Positions 1 to 10,672 of a stretch of DNA of 64,000 nt are shown one piece after another. The DNA is from Escherichia coli (GTDB lineage Bacteria; Pseudomonadota; Gammaproteobacteria; Enterobacterales; Enterobacteriaceae). The stretch's first letter is position 1; every line of letters starts with the position of its first letter. The DNA lies in NCBI RefSeq assembly GCF_044324785.1, contig NZ_CP172127.1; one strand, 5' to 3'. Both the position numbers and the translations under genes were made by a program. Below the pieces are notes generated by a model, which saw only the letters and a list, made by a program, of their open reading frames with translations, was not told where the DNA came from and did not search any database.

Positions 1-726
1 TCTATTTTTGAGAGTGCTTTTGGCTGGCAGGAAGCGGCAGGCGGCGCGGCGGGATATACCTTAAGCCAGGCGATTACTAACGGTTTTCAGCGCAGTATGT
101 TTTCCAATGAGGCGGGAATGGGGTCGACGCCAAACGCGGCAGCGGCGGCTGCGTCCTGGCCTCCGCATCCCGCAGCGCAAGGAATTGTCCAGATGATTGG
201 CATTTTTATCGACACCCTGGTCATTTGTACGGCAAGCGCCATGCTGATATTACTGGCGGGTAACGGCACAACCTACATGCCGCTGGAAGGTATTCAGCTT
301 ATCCAAAAGGCGATGCGGGTGTTAATGGGTTCCTGGGGTGCGGAGTTTGTTACCCTCGTGGTTATTCTGTTTGCCTTCAGCTCCATCGTTGCCAACTACA
401 TTTATGCCGAAAACAATCTCTTCTTCTTACGCCTGAACAACCCTAAAACGATCTGGTGTCTGCGAATCTGCACCTTCGCAACGGTCATCGGCGGCACCTT
501 GCTAAGTCTTCCGCTGATGTGGCAACTGGCAGATATCATAATGGCCTGCATGGCTATTACCAATTTGACCGCCATTTTACTGCTCTCGCCTGTGGTTCAT
601 ACCATTGCCAGTGATTATCTACGCCAGCGTAAACTCGGCGTGCGCCCGGTGTTTGATCCGTTGCGTTATCCGGATATCGGTCGCCAGCTTTCTCCGGACG
701 CGTGGGATGATGTTTCGCAGGAGTAA
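1..726 (+). CDS. yaaJ: Alanine/glycine:cation symporter (AGCS family), C-terminal part; 5' end lies upstream of the window
   Basis: ORF track 97..726 is in frame from position 1; multi-TM hydrophobic sequence; position next to yaaA matches the K-12 order. Confidence 0.85.
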   Translation, partial: SIFESAFGWQEAAGGAAGYTLSQAITNGFQRSMFSNEAGMGSTPNAAAAAASWPPHPAAQGIVQMIGIFIDTLVICTASAMLILLAGNGTTYMPLEGIQLIQKAMRVLMGSWGAEFVTLVVILFAFSSIVANYIYAENNLFFLRLNNPKTIWCLRICTFATVIGGTLLSLPLMWQLADIIMACMAITNLTAILLLSPVVHTIASDYLRQRKLGVRPVFDPLRYPDIGRQLSPDAWDDVSQE

Positions 727-795
727 TCACAACTATCGATCAACTCATTCTCGTTTTTTGCTAAAGTCGGCATAAATTTCCTGCAAGGACTGGAT

Positions 796-1572
796 ATGCT
801 GATTCTTATTTCACCTGCAAAAACGCTCGATTACCAAAGCCCATTGCCCACCACGCGCTATACGCTGCCGGAGCTGTTAGACAATTCCCAGCAGTTGATC
901 CATGAAGCGCGGAAACTGACGCCTCCGCAGATTAGCACGCTGATGCGCATCAGCGACAAACTGGCGGGTATCAACGCCGCTCGCTTTCATGACTGGCAGC
1001 CAGATTTCACGCCGGAGAATGCCCGCCAGGCGATTCTGGCATTTAAAGGTGATGTCTACACCGGCTTGCAGGCCGAAACCTTCAGCGAAGACGATTTCGA
1101 TTTTGCCCAACAGCATTTGCGAATGCTTTCCGGCTTGTATGGCGTACTCCGCCCGCTCGATTTAATGCAGCCTTATCGTCTGGAAATGGGGATCCGTCTT
1201 GAGAATGCCCGAGGGAAAGATCTGTATCAATTCTGGGGAGATATCATCACCAACAAGCTGAACGAGGCGCTCGCAGCACAAGGCGATAATGTGGTGATTA
1301 ATCTGGCGTCAGATGAGTATTTTAAATCGGTGAAGCCGAAGAAATTGAATGCCGAGATTATCAAGCCGGTGTTCCTCGATGAGAAGAACGGCAAATTTAA
1401 GATCATCAGCTTCTACGCTAAGAAAGCACGCGGTCTGATGAGTCGTTTCATTATTGAAAATCGGCTGACCAAACCAGAGCAACTGACTGGTTTTAATAGC
1501 GAAGGTTACTTCTTTGATGAAGCTTCCTCCAGCAATGGCGAACTGGTGTTTAAACGCTACGAGCAGCGTTAA
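796..1572 (+). CDS. yaaA: Peroxide stress protein YaaA (UPF0246/DUF328)
   Basis: ORF track 258 aa, [13 protein letters not shown]...; same length and context as K-12 yaaA. Confidence 0.95.
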   Translation: MLILISPAKTLDYQSPLPTTRYTLPELLDNSQQLIHEARKLTPPQISTLMRISDKLAGINAARFHDWQPDFTPENARQAILAFKGDVYTGLQAETFSEDDFDFAQQHLRMLSGLYGVLRPLDLMQPYRLEMGIRLENARGKDLYQFWGDIITNKLNEALAAQGDNVVINLASDEYFKSVKPKKLNAEIIKPVFLDEKNGKFKIISFYAKKARGLMSRFIIENRLTKPEQLTGFNSEGYFFDEASSSNGELVFKRYEQR

Positions 1573-1583
1573 GTTTGTAGTCA

Positions 1584-1605
1584 ATGCCGGATGGCAATCC
1601 GGCAT
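1584..1605. terminator. Inverted repeat between convergent yaaA and yaaX (atgccgga-N6-tccggcat); possible bidirectional terminator
   Basis: 8-bp perfect inverted repeat read directly; no strong T-tract, so weak call. Confidence 0.4.
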
Positions 1606-1611
1606 TGATAT

Positions 1612-1908
1612 TTAGCGATGATGTTTGTCAGGCCCCGGACGATGATCGCCACGATGATCATTGTGCTTGTTATGGCGCGGCGATGGCGGCGGTCCATATG
1701 GGTGCCAGCGATTGCCTCGCCATTCATAATGTTGTTTCCACCAGCCGTGGTCGCGCCAGTGACCGCCATCCCAGTAATAGCCACGATTATCACGATCGCC
1801 TATCTGTAATTTTACTGAAGGGACTAACGTAATTTCCGCAGCCTGCGCTGCCATGGGAGCGACCAGAACCAGGGAAAGTGCGAGTACGATAGATTGCATC
1901 TTTTTCAC
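1612..1908 (-). CDS. yaaX: DUF2502 secreted His/Trp/Gly-rich protein YaaX
   Basis: ORF track 98 aa with signal peptide [23 protein letters not shown]; adjacent to thrC as in K-12. Confidence 0.85.
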   Translation of the reverse strand: MKKMQSIVLALSLVLVAPMAAQAAEITLVPSVKLQIGDRDNRGYYWDGGHWRDHGWWKQHYEWRGNRWHPYGPPPSPRHNKHNDHRGDHRPGPDKHHR

Positions 1909-2062
1909 AGGTTACTCCTTTTATCATTGCCCGTTATGGGTCGATATCCGGAGATTACGCGATGAGAACGGCGGTTGTTATTCTCCGCAATCCTAATCTC
2001 TAAGTTACCGCATTTATTGAGAATTTCTTCTTTTTCCCTGTCGTTTCTCTCCATATTTTCTT

Positions 2063-2099
2063 CACAAAAAAGCCGGGCTGCATAAAAGCAAACCCGGCC
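2063..2099 (-). terminator. thr operon terminator (hairpin gccggg-N15-cccggc followed by U-tract on the minus-strand transcript)
   Basis: Inverted repeat 2072-2098 with A-run 2065-2070 on the plus strand (= U-run after the hairpin for the minus transcript), 23 nt after the thrC stop. Confidence 0.7.
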
Positions 2100-2121
2100 T
2101 GATTGAGATAATGAATAGATA

Positions 2122-3408
2122 TTACTGATGATTCATCATCAATTTACGCAACGCAGCAAAATCGGCGGGCAGATTATGCGAAAGCAAGGGTAAATCGGCA
2201 CGTTCTGCCAGCTCTTTTGGCAGATCCAACGTTTCACCGAGAATCGCTTCCACGCTCTCTTTAAATTTCGCCGGATGCGCGGTGCCGAGGAACAAGCCAT
2301 ATTCGCCTGGATTCAACTGGTCACGCAGCGCACGATAAGCTACGGCAGCGTGCGGCTCCGAGGTGTAGCCCAGTTCTTTTAACTCACGCATTGTCTGTTG
2401 CGTGGTTTCATCATCCACGGCTGCATAACCCAGCTCTTTCAGTTGCCAGATTTTGCGGCGGAACAACTCTTCCACACGCGGCCAGTTGTTCGGCTGACTC
2501 ACGTCCATCGCGTTGGATAACGTCGCCTGAGTCGCTTTGGGGGACCACTGACCGTCGTGCAGGAAACGTGGCACGGTATCGTTCACGTTGGTCGCAGCAA
2601 TAAAACGTTTCACCGGCAAACCGAGTGACTTCGCCAGCAGACCCGCCGTCAAATCGCCGAAGTTTCCGCTTGGCACCGAGACAACCAGCTGGTTGCGCGC
2701 TTCCTGCGGCAGCTGCGCAACAGCTTCAAAGTAGTAGCAAATCTGCGCCAGCAAACGGCTGATGTTAATCGAGTTAGCCGAGTTTAACCCCAGCGCCACT
2801 TTCAGCTCTTCATCATCAAACGCCTGCTTCACCAGCGCCTGACAGGCATCGAAATCGCCGTCGATGGCAACAGTTTCAATATTGCCGCCCAATGTACAGA
2901 ACAGTTTTTCTTGCAGTGGACTGATTTTGCCTCGTGGATAGAGGATAACCACTTTCACATTCGGCAAACCGTAGAAAGCATGAGCCACTGCCGCTCCGGT
3001 ATCACCGGAGGTCGCGGTCAGAATGGTCACTGGCTTATCGCCCGCAATATGGGTCAGCATTTGTGCCATAAAGCGACCGCCGAAATCTTTAAATGCCAGC
3101 GTTGGCCCGTGGAACAATTCCAGACAACCGACATCGCTTTCAACATTGGCGACCGGAGCCGGGAAGGCAAACGCCGCGCGTACGCGCTCTTCCAGGATTT
3201 CCTGCGGGATTTCATCACCAATAAACGCCGAGAGGATCTTCGCACTGCGGGTGACAAAATCCAGCTTCAGCATCTCATCAATTTCAGTCAGGCTGAATTC
3301 CGGCAGGTCGTGCGGAAAAAACAGCCCCTGATTTTTGCCCAACCCCTGGGTTACGGCTTGCGCAAAGCTGACCTGCTCATTGTGATCTTTCAGATTGTAG
3401 AGTTTCAT
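2122..3408 (-). CDS. thrC: Threonine synthase
   Basis: ORF track 428 aa, MKLYNLKDHNEQVSFAQAVTQGLGK... Confidence 0.97.
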   Translation of the reverse strand: MKLYNLKDHNEQVSFAQAVTQGLGKNQGLFFPHDLPEFSLTEIDEMLKLDFVTRSAKILSAFIGDEIPQEILEERVRAAFAFPAPVANVESDVGCLELFHGPTLAFKDFGGRFMAQMLTHIAGDKPVTILTATSGDTGAAVAHAFYGLPNVKVVILYPRGKISPLQEKLFCTLGGNIETVAIDGDFDACQALVKQAFDDEELKVALGLNSANSINISRLLAQICYYFEAVAQLPQEARNQLVVSVPSGNFGDLTAGLLAKSLGLPVKRFIAATNVNDTVPRFLHDGQWSPKATQATLSNAMDVSQPNNWPRVEELFRRKIWQLKELGYAAVDDETTQQTMRELKELGYTSEPHAAVAYRALRDQLNPGEYGLFLGTAHPAKFKESVEAILGETLDLPKELAERADLPLLSHNLPADFAALRKLMMNHQ

Positions 3409-4341
3409 TTAGTTTTCCAGTACTCGTGCGCCCGCCGTATCCAGCCGGCAAATATGAACAAAACCTTCCTGATTTTGCAGGTAGTTATTACCCAACCAGT
3501 CGGCAACGCGCTGGGCGGTATCCGGCTTGTCACACAGAGCGAACAAGGTCGGGCCGGAGCCGGAGATACCGCTCGCTACCGCGCCGATTTCCGCGACCGC
3601 CTGCCGCGCCTGCCGGAAACCAGGCAGTAACCGTTCACGGTAGGGTTCAGCGATAACATCTTTCATCAGCTTCGCGGCAAGCTCAGGCTGACGGGAATAG
3701 CAGGCGTGAATGAAGCCTGCCAGATGTCGCCCGTGCGCAATGCAATCCTGGCGGCGATACTGCGCCGGTAAAATAGCCCTGGCTTCTGCCGTCGAGACTT
3801 TAATCCCCGGATACGCCAGCACCCACAGCCACTCATCAAACCCTGGCACTTGCTGGCTGATGATGTCGTTTTCTTCGATCATCAACTGCATACCACCAAG
3901 AAAACACGGTGCCACGTTGTCGTAATGAATGCTGCCGGAGATACGCCCTTCCAGCTCGCCCATCAAAGCCAGCAAACGGGTGTCATTAAGCGGCTTGCCG
4001 CAGTGTTCATTCATCGCCATCAGCGCCGCGACCACTGAGCAGGCGCTGGAGCCTAAGCCCGAGCCGATTGGCATATTCTTTTCCAGAGTCATCGCCACTG
4101 GAATTTGCTTACCCAGCTCCTGGCAAAAACGCTCCCAGCACTGATAAACGATATTTTCCCGAGGTTCTGACGGCAGCTTATCGGCAAAGCGTCCGAGGTT
4201 ATTGAGACTGAATGTCTCTGCCGCCTCAACCGTGACTACATCTCCGAGCAATGCACCATCAACGGGTGTCACCGCCGCCCCGAGCACATCAAACCCGACG
4301 CTCATATTGGCACTGGAAGCCGGGGCATAAACTTTAACCAT
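3409..4341 (-). CDS. thrB: Homoserine kinase
   Basis: ORF track 310 aa, [24 protein letters not shown]... Confidence 0.97.
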   Translation of the reverse strand: MVKVYAPASSANMSVGFDVLGAAVTPVDGALLGDVVTVEAAETFSLNNLGRFADKLPSEPRENIVYQCWERFCQELGKQIPVAMTLEKNMPIGSGLGSSACSVVAALMAMNEHCGKPLNDTRLLALMGELEGRISGSIHYDNVAPCFLGGMQLMIEENDIISQQVPGFDEWLWVLAYPGIKVSTAEARAILPAQYRRQDCIAHGRHLAGFIHACYSRQPELAAKLMKDVIAEPYRERLLPGFRQARQAVAEIGAVASGISGSGPTLFALCDKPDTAQRVADWLGNNYLQNQEGFVHICRLDTAGARVLEN

Positions 4342-4342
4342 G

Positions 4343-6805
4343 TCAGACTCCTAACTTCCATGAGAGGGTACGTAGCAGATCGGCAAAGACACCGGCAGCT
4401 GTAACGTCATTGCCCGCACCATATCCGCGCAGCACCAACGGCAGCGGCTGATAATAGTGGCTATAGAAGGCCAGGGCGTTTTCGCCGTTTTTCACTTTGA
4501 ACAGCGGATCATTACCATCCACTTCGGCAATCTTCACGCGACAGACGCCATCTTCATCAATATTGCCAACATAGCGCAAAACTTTTCCTTCATCACGGGC
4601 CTTCGCCACGCGAGCGGCAAAGCGATCGTCGAGCTGTGACAGATTCGCCATAAAAGCGGCAACATCACCCTCGGCGTTAAACTCTGCGGGCAGCACAGGT
4701 TCAATTTCAATATCCGCCAGCTCCAGTTCACGTCCCGTTTCACGAGCGAGAATCAATAGTTTACGCGCCACATCCATACCAGAAAGATCATCTCGCGGGT
4801 CCGGTTCGGTATAACCCATTTCCCGCGCCAGCGTGGTCGCCTCGGAGAAACTCATGCCTTCGTCTAACTTGCCGAAGATATAAGAAAGCGAACCAGAAAG
4901 AATGCCGGAGAACTTCATCAATTCATCACCTGCATTGAGCAGATTTTGCAGGTTCTCAATAACCGGTAATCCAGCCCCAACGTTGGTGTCATAGAGGAAT
5001 TTACGCCGCGATTTTTCCGCCGCATGACGCAACAGATGGTAGTAATCCATCGACGAGGTGTTAGCCTTTTTGTTCGGCGTAACAACGTGGAAACCCTCGC
5101 GCAGGAAGTCGGCATATTGATCCGCCACTGCCTGGCTGGAGGTGCAGTCAACAATGACCGGGTTCAGCAGATGATATTCTTTCACGAGGCGAATTAAGCG
5201 CCCGAGATTAAACGGCTCTTTGGCTTGCGCCAGTTCTTCCTGCCAGTTTTCCAGATTAAGGCCATGTACATTGGTGAGCAGAGCCTTCGAGTTGGCAACA
5301 CCGCAGACACGTAAGTCGATATGTTTATTCTTCAGCCAGCTTTGCTGACGCTTCAGTTGCTCCAGCAGCGCACCGCCAACGCCACCGACGCCAATCACAA
5401 ACACTTCGATAACCTGATCGGTATTGAACAGCATCTGATGAGTAACGCGCACGCCAGTGGTCGCATCATCGTTATTTACCACGACAGAGATTGAGCGTTC
5501 AGAAGATCCCTGAGCAATGGCGACAATGTTGATATTGGCGCGGGCCAGCGCGGCAAAGAATTTCGCCGAGATCCCACGCAAGGTGCGCATACCATCACCT
5601 ACCACCGAGATAATGGCCAGCCGTTCCGTCACCGCCAGCGGCTCCAGTAAGCCTTCTTTCAGTTCCAGGTAGAACTCTTCCTGCATTGCCCGTTCAGCTC
5701 GCACACAGTCGCTTTGTGGAACGCAGAAACTGATACTGTATTCGGAAGATGATTGCGTAATCAGCACCACGGAAATACGGGCGCGTGACATCGCTGCAAA
5801 GACGCGCGCCGCCATGCCGACCATTCCTTTCATCCCCGGACCAGAAACGCTGAACATTGCCATGTTATTCAGATTGGAAATGCCCTTGACCGGTAATTCG
5901 TCTTCATCACGGCTGGCACCAATGAGCGTACCTGGTGCTTGAGGATTTCCGGTATTTTTAATCAGGCAAGGGATCTGGAACTGGGCGATGGGGGTAATTG
6001 TGCGGGGGTGAAGAACTTTAGCGCCGAAGTAGGAAAGCTCCATCGCTTCCTGGTAGGACATCGACTTCAACAACCTCGCATCGGGCACCTGACGCGGGTC
6101 GCAGGTATAGACCCCGTCAACGTCCGTCCAAATCTCGCAACAATCGGCGCGTAAACAGGCAGCCAGCACCGCAGCAGAGTAGTCGGAACCGTTGCGTCCA
6201 AGCACCACCAGTTCGCCTTTTTCATTACCGGCGGTGAAACCTGCCATCAGCACCATGTGATCAGCCGGAATACGACTTGCCGCAATACGGCGGGTGGACT
6301 CAGCAATATCGACGGTAGATTCGAGGTAATGCCCCACTGCCAGCAGTTTTTCGACCGGATCGATAACGGTAACGTTGTGACCGCGCGCTTCTAATACGCC
6401 GGCCATAATGGCGATCGACATTTTCTCGCCACGGCAAATCAGCGCAGCGTTGATGCTATCCGGGCACTGCCCCAACAAACTAATGCCATGCAGGACATGT
6501 TTTATTTGGGCAAATTCCTGGTCGACGAAAGTTTTCAGTTGCGCCAGCGGGAATCCCGGCTGAGCGGCGGCGAGTCCCGTCAGAAGTTCGGCAAAAATAC
6601 GTTCGGCATCGCTGATATTGGGTAAAGCATCCTGGCCGCTAATGGTTTTTTCAATCATCGCCACCAGGTGGTTGGTGATTTTGGCGGGGGCAGAGAGGAC
6701 GGTGGCCACCTGCCCCTGCCTGGCATTGCTTTCCAGAATATCGGCAACCCGCAGAAAACGTTCTGCATTTGCCACTGATGTACCGCCGAACTTCAACACT
6801 CGCAT
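4343..6805 (-). CDS. thrA: Bifunctional aspartokinase I / homoserine dehydrogenase I
   Basis: ORF track 4343..6847; start set at the internal [17 protein letters not shown] (820 aa) as in K-12. Confidence 0.96.
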   Translation of the reverse strand: MRVLKFGGTSVANAERFLRVADILESNARQGQVATVLSAPAKITNHLVAMIEKTISGQDALPNISDAERIFAELLTGLAAAQPGFPLAQLKTFVDQEFAQIKHVLHGISLLGQCPDSINAALICRGEKMSIAIMAGVLEARGHNVTVIDPVEKLLAVGHYLESTVDIAESTRRIAASRIPADHMVLMAGFTAGNEKGELVVLGRNGSDYSAAVLAACLRADCCEIWTDVDGVYTCDPRQVPDARLLKSMSYQEAMELSYFGAKVLHPRTITPIAQFQIPCLIKNTGNPQAPGTLIGASRDEDELPVKGISNLNNMAMFSVSGPGMKGMVGMAARVFAAMSRARISVVLITQSSSEYSISFCVPQSDCVRAERAMQEEFYLELKEGLLEPLAVTERLAIISVVGDGMRTLRGISAKFFAALARANINIVAIAQGSSERSISVVVNNDDATTGVRVTHQMLFNTDQVIEVFVIGVGGVGGALLEQLKRQQSWLKNKHIDLRVCGVANSKALLTNVHGLNLENWQEELAQAKEPFNLGRLIRLVKEYHLLNPVIVDCTSSQAVADQYADFLREGFHVVTPNKKANTSSMDYYHLLRHAAEKSRRKFLYDTNVGAGLPVIENLQNLLNAGDELMKFSGILSGSLSYIFGKLDEGMSFSEATTLAREMGYTEPDPRDDLSGMDVARKLLILARETGRELELADIEIEPVLPAEFNAEGDVAAFMANLSQLDDRFAARVAKARDEGKVLRYVGNIDEDGVCRVKIAEVDGNDPLFKVKNGENALAFYSHYYQPLPLVLRGYGAGNDVTAAGVFADLLRTLSWKLGV

Positions 6806-6830
6806 GGTTGTTACCTCGTTACCTTTGGTC

Positions 6831-6862
6831 GAAAAAAAAGCCCGCACTGTCAGGTGCGGGCT
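6831..6862 (-). terminator. thr attenuator (rho-independent terminator of the leader transcript)
   Basis: Minus-strand transcript reads AGCCCGCACCUGACAGUGCGGGC followed by a U8 run, directly downstream of thrL. Confidence 0.9.
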
Positions 6863-6885
6863 TTTTTCTGTGTTTCCTGTACGCG

Positions 6886-6954
<69 letters not shown>

Positions 6955-7001
6955 TGTTGTGTACTCTGTAATTTTTATCTGTCTGTGCGCTATGCCTATA
7001 T

Positions 7002-7030
7002 TGGTTAAAGTATTTAGTGACCTAAGTCAA
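7002..7030 (-). promoter_or_regulatory. thr operon promoter (-35 TTGACT, 17-bp spacer, -10 TAACCA on the minus strand)
   Basis: Hexamers read from the sequence at 7025-7030 and 7002-7007 (reverse complement); matches the known thr promoter region. Confidence 0.65.
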
Positions 7031-7164
7031 TAAAATTTTAATTTACTCACGGCAGGTAACCAGTTCAGAAGCTGCTATCAGACACTCTTTTTTTAATCCA
7101 CACAGAGACATATTGCCCGTTGCAGTCAGAATGAAAAGCTGAAAAATACTTACTAAGGCGTTTT

Positions 7165-7851
7165 TTATTTGGTGATATTTTTTTCAATATCATGCAGCAA
7201 ACGGTGCAACATTGCCGTGTCTCGTTGCTCTAAAAGCCCCAGGCGTTGTTGTAACCAGTCGACCAGTTTTATGTCATCTGCCACTGCCAGAGTCGTCAGC
7301 AGTGCCATGGCTCGTTCGCGTAAAGCTTGCAGTTGATGTTTGTCTGCCGTTGTGTCACTTTTCGCCGGTTGTTGTATTAATGTTGCTAATTGATAGCAAT
7401 AGACCATCACCGCCTGCCCAAGATTGAGCGAAGGATAATCCGCCACCATCGGCACACCAGTAAGAACGTCAGCCAACGCTAACTCTTCGTTAGTCAGCCC
7501 GGAATCTTCGCGACCAAACACCAGCGCGGCATGGCTCATCCATGAAGATTTTTCCTCTAACAGCGGCACCAGTTCTACTGGCGTAGCGTAGTAATGATAT
7601 TTCGCCCGACTGCGCGCAGTGGTGGCGACAGTGAAATCGACATCGTGTAACGATTCAGCCAGTGTCGGGAAAACTTTAATATTATCAATAATATCACCAG
7701 ATCCATGTGCGACCCAGCGGGTGGCTGGCTCCAGGTGCGCCTGACTATCGACAATCCGCAGTTTGCTAAACCCCATCGTTTTCATTGCCCGCGCCGCTGC
7801 CCCAATATTTTCTGCTCTGGCGGGTGCGACCAGAATAATCGTTATACGCAT
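7165..7851 (-). CDS. lasT: SpoU/TrmH-family tRNA/rRNA methyltransferase LasT
   Basis: ORF track 7165..7872; start set at MRITIILVAPARAENIGAAARAMK (228 aa). Confidence 0.9.
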   Translation of the reverse strand: MRITIILVAPARAENIGAAARAMKTMGFSKLRIVDSQAHLEPATRWVAHGSGDIIDNIKVFPTLAESLHDVDFTVATTARSRAKYHYYATPVELVPLLEEKSSWMSHAALVFGREDSGLTNEELALADVLTGVPMVADYPSLNLGQAVMVYCYQLATLIQQPAKSDTTADKHQLQALRERAMALLTTLAVADDIKLVDWLQQRLGLLEQRDTAMLHRLLHDIEKNITK

Positions 7852-8250
7852 ATTGCCACTCTTCTTGATCAAATAACCGCGAACCGGGTGATCACTGTCA
7901 ACTTATTACGCGGTGCGAATTTACAAATTCTTAACGTAAGTCGCAGAAAAAGCCCTTTACTTAGCTTAAAAAAGGCTAAACTATTTCCTGACTGTACTAA
8001 CGGTTGAATTGTTAAAAAATGCTACATATCCTTCTGTTTACTTAGGATAATTTTATAAAAAATAAATCTCGACAATTGGATTCACCACGTTTATTAGTTG
8101 TATGATGCAACTAGTTGGATTATTAAAATAATGTGACGAAAGCTAGCATTTAGATACGATGATTTCATCAAACTGTTAACGTGCTACAATTGAACTTGAT
8201 ATATGTCAACGAAGCGTAGTTTTATTGGGTGTCCGGCCCCTCTTAGCCTG

Positions 8251-8391
8251 TTATGTTGCTGTTAAAATGGTTAGGATGACAGCCGTTTTTGACACTGTCG
8301 GGTCCTGAGGGAAAGTACCCACGACCAAGCTAATGATGTTGTTGACGTTGATGGAAAGTGCATCAAGAACGCAATTACGTACTTTAGTCAT
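8251..8391 (-). CDS. yjjY: Small protein YjjY (46 aa)
   Basis: Reverse-complement translation MTKVRNCVLDALSINVNNIISLVVGTFPQDPTVSKTAVILTILTAT*; below the ORF-track size cut-off. Confidence 0.7.
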   Translation of the reverse strand: MTKVRNCVLDALSINVNNIISLVVGTFPQDPTVSKTAVILTILTAT

Positions 8392-8486
8392 GTTACGCCG
8401 ATCATGTTAATTTGCAGCATGCATCAGGCAGGTCAGGGACTTTTGTACTTCCTGTTTCGATTTAGTTGGCAATTTAGGTAGCAAAC

Positions 8487-9203
8487 ATGCAGACCCCGCA
8501 CATTCTTATCGTTGAAGACGAGTTGGTAACACGCAACACGTTGAAAAGTATTTTCGAAGCGGAAGGCTATGATGTTTTCGAAGCGACAGATGGCGCGGAA
8601 ATGCATCAGATCCTCTCTGAATATGACATCAACCTGGTGATCATGGATATCAATCTGCCGGGTAAGAACGGTCTTCTGTTAGCGCGTGAACTGCGCGAGC
8701 AGGCGAATGTTGCGTTGATGTTCCTGACTGGCCGTGACAACGAAGTCGATAAAATTCTCGGCCTCGAAATCGGTGCAGATGACTACATCACCAAACCGTT
8801 CAACCCGCGTGAACTGACTATTCGTGCACGCAACCTGCTGTCCCGTACCATGAATCTGGGGACTGTCAGCGAAGAACGTCGTAGCGTTGAAAGCTACAAG
8901 TTCAATGGTTGGGAACTGGACATCAACAGCCGTTCGTTGATCGGCCCTGATGGCGAGCAGTACAAGCTGCCGCGCAGCGAGTTCCGCGCCATGCTTCACT
9001 TCTGTGAAAACCCAGGCAAAATTCAGTCCCGTGCTGAACTGCTGAAGAAAATGACCGGCCGTGAGCTGAAACCGCACGACCGTACTGTAGACGTGACGAT
9101 CCGCCGTATTCGTAAACATTTCGAATCTACGCCGGATACGCCGGAAATCATCGCCACCATTCACGGTGAAGGTTATCGCTTCTGCGGTGATCTGGAAGAT
9201 TAA
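8487..9203 (+). CDS. arcA: Aerobic respiration control response regulator ArcA
   Basis: ORF track 238 aa, [43 protein letters not shown]... Confidence 0.97.
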
Positions 9204-9220
9204 TCGGCTTTACCACCGTC

Positions 9221-9258
9221 AAAAAAAACGGCGCTTTTTAGCGCCGTTTTTATTTTTC
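9221..9258. terminator. Bidirectional rho-independent terminator between convergent arcA and creD
   Basis: A8 run, stem aacggcgc / gcgccgtt with 6-nt loop, then T-rich run; read directly. Confidence 0.85.
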
Positions 9259-9262
9259 AACC

Positions 9263-10615
9263 TTATTTCCAGATACGTAATTCATCGTCCGTTGTAACTT
9301 CTTTACTGGCTTTCATTTTCGGCAGTGAAAACGCATACCAGTCGATATTACGGGTCACAAACATCATGCCGGCCAGCGCCACCACCAGCACACTGGTTCC
9401 CAACAACAGCGCGCTATCGGCAGAGTTGAGCAGTCCCCACATCACACCATCCAGCAACAACAGCGCGAGGGTAAACAACATGCTATTGCGCCAGCCTTTC
9501 AATACCGCCTGCAAATAAATACCGTTCATTAACGCCCCAATCAGACTGGCGATTATCCATGCCACGGTAAAACCGATATGTTCAGAAAGCGCCAGCAAGA
9601 GCAAATAAAACATCACCAATGAAAGCCCCACCAGCAAATATTGCATTGGGTGTAAACGTTGCGCGGTGAGCGTTTCAAAAACAAAGAACGCCATAAAAGT
9701 CAGTGCAATCAGCAGAATGGCGTACTTAGTCGCCCGGTCAGTTAATTGGTATTGATCGGCTGGCGTCGTCACTGCGACGCTAAACGCCGGGAAGTTTTCC
9801 CAGCCGGTATCATTGCCTGAAGCAAAACGCTCACCGAGATTATTAGCAAACCAGCTGCTTTGCCAGTGCGCCTGAAAACCTGACTCGCTAACTTCCCGTT
9901 TGGCTGGTAGAAAATCACCTAAAAAACTGGGATGCGGCCAGTTGCTGGTTAAGGTCATTTCGCTATTACGCCCGCCAGGCACCACAGAAAGATCGCCGGT
10001 ACCGCTTAAATTCAGGGCCATATTCAGCTTCAGGTTCTGCTTCCGCCAGTCCCCTTCAGGTAAAGGGATATGCACGCCCTGCCCGCCTTGCTCTAACCCG
10101 GTGCCGGGTTCAATGGTCAGCGCCGTTCCGTTAACTTCAGGCGCTTTCACCACACCAATACCACGCGCATCCCCGACGCTAATCACAATAAATGGCTTGC
10201 CTAAGGTGATATTTGGCGCGTTGAGTTCGCTAAGACGCGAAACATCGAAATCGGCTTTTAGCGTTAAATCACTGTGCCAGACCTGACCGGTATAAATCCC
10301 TATCTTGCGTTCTTCCACGTTCTGATTGCCATCAACCATCAATGACTCAGGTAACCAAAAATGGATAAAACTTCGTTTCCGCTCCACGGTTTTATCCTCT
10401 TCCTGCACCGTATAAAGCTCGGTCACAGGAATAGCGATGAGCGGCCCAACGAGTTTTTGCGGCCCGCTGGTACTTTGGCGAATCGCATCTTCCACATCGC
10501 TACGGTAATCAGCACGTTCGACAATCACCTGCCGAATCAGCATTATCGGAATCAACAACAGCAATACTGCACCAAACAGGGTGGTCATTTTCCAGAGCAG
10601 GGGGGATTTCAACAT
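9263..10615 (-). CDS. creD: Inner membrane protein CreD
   Basis: ORF track 450 aa; last gene of the creABCD operon. Confidence 0.93.
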   Translation of the reverse strand: MLKSPLLWKMTTLFGAVLLLLIPIMLIRQVIVERADYRSDVEDAIRQSTSGPQKLVGPLIAIPVTELYTVQEEDKTVERKRSFIHFWLPESLMVDGNQNVEERKIGIYTGQVWHSDLTLKADFDVSRLSELNAPNITLGKPFIVISVGDARGIGVVKAPEVNGTALTIEPGTGLEQGGQGVHIPLPEGDWRKQNLKLNMALNLSGTGDLSVVPGGRNSEMTLTSNWPHPSFLGDFLPAKREVSESGFQAHWQSSWFANNLGERFASGNDTGWENFPAFSVAVTTPADQYQLTDRATKYAILLIALTFMAFFVFETLTAQRLHPMQYLLVGLSLVMFYLLLLALSEHIGFTVAWIIASLIGALMNGIYLQAVLKGWRNSMLFTLALLLLDGVMWGLLNSADSALLLGTSVLVVALAGMMFVTRNIDWYAFSLPKMKASKEVTTDDELRIWK

Positions 10616-10672
10616 AGTCTTCTCCTTTGCAATGGCAGCAGGATACGAAGGCTATGTGGGAAGAATTTGAAG

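Noticed and set aside
1584-1832. Plus-strand ORFs 1584..1832 and 1618..1809 overlapping yaaX
   Set aside because: Produced by the repetitive His/Trp/Arg-rich coding of yaaX on the other strand; yaaX has the signal peptide and K-12 context.
6831-6862. Possible one-nucleotide difference in the thr attenuator T-tract relative to K-12
   Set aside because: Depends on my recollection of the exact K-12 run length; cannot be verified without alignment and would be a trivial homopolymer variation.
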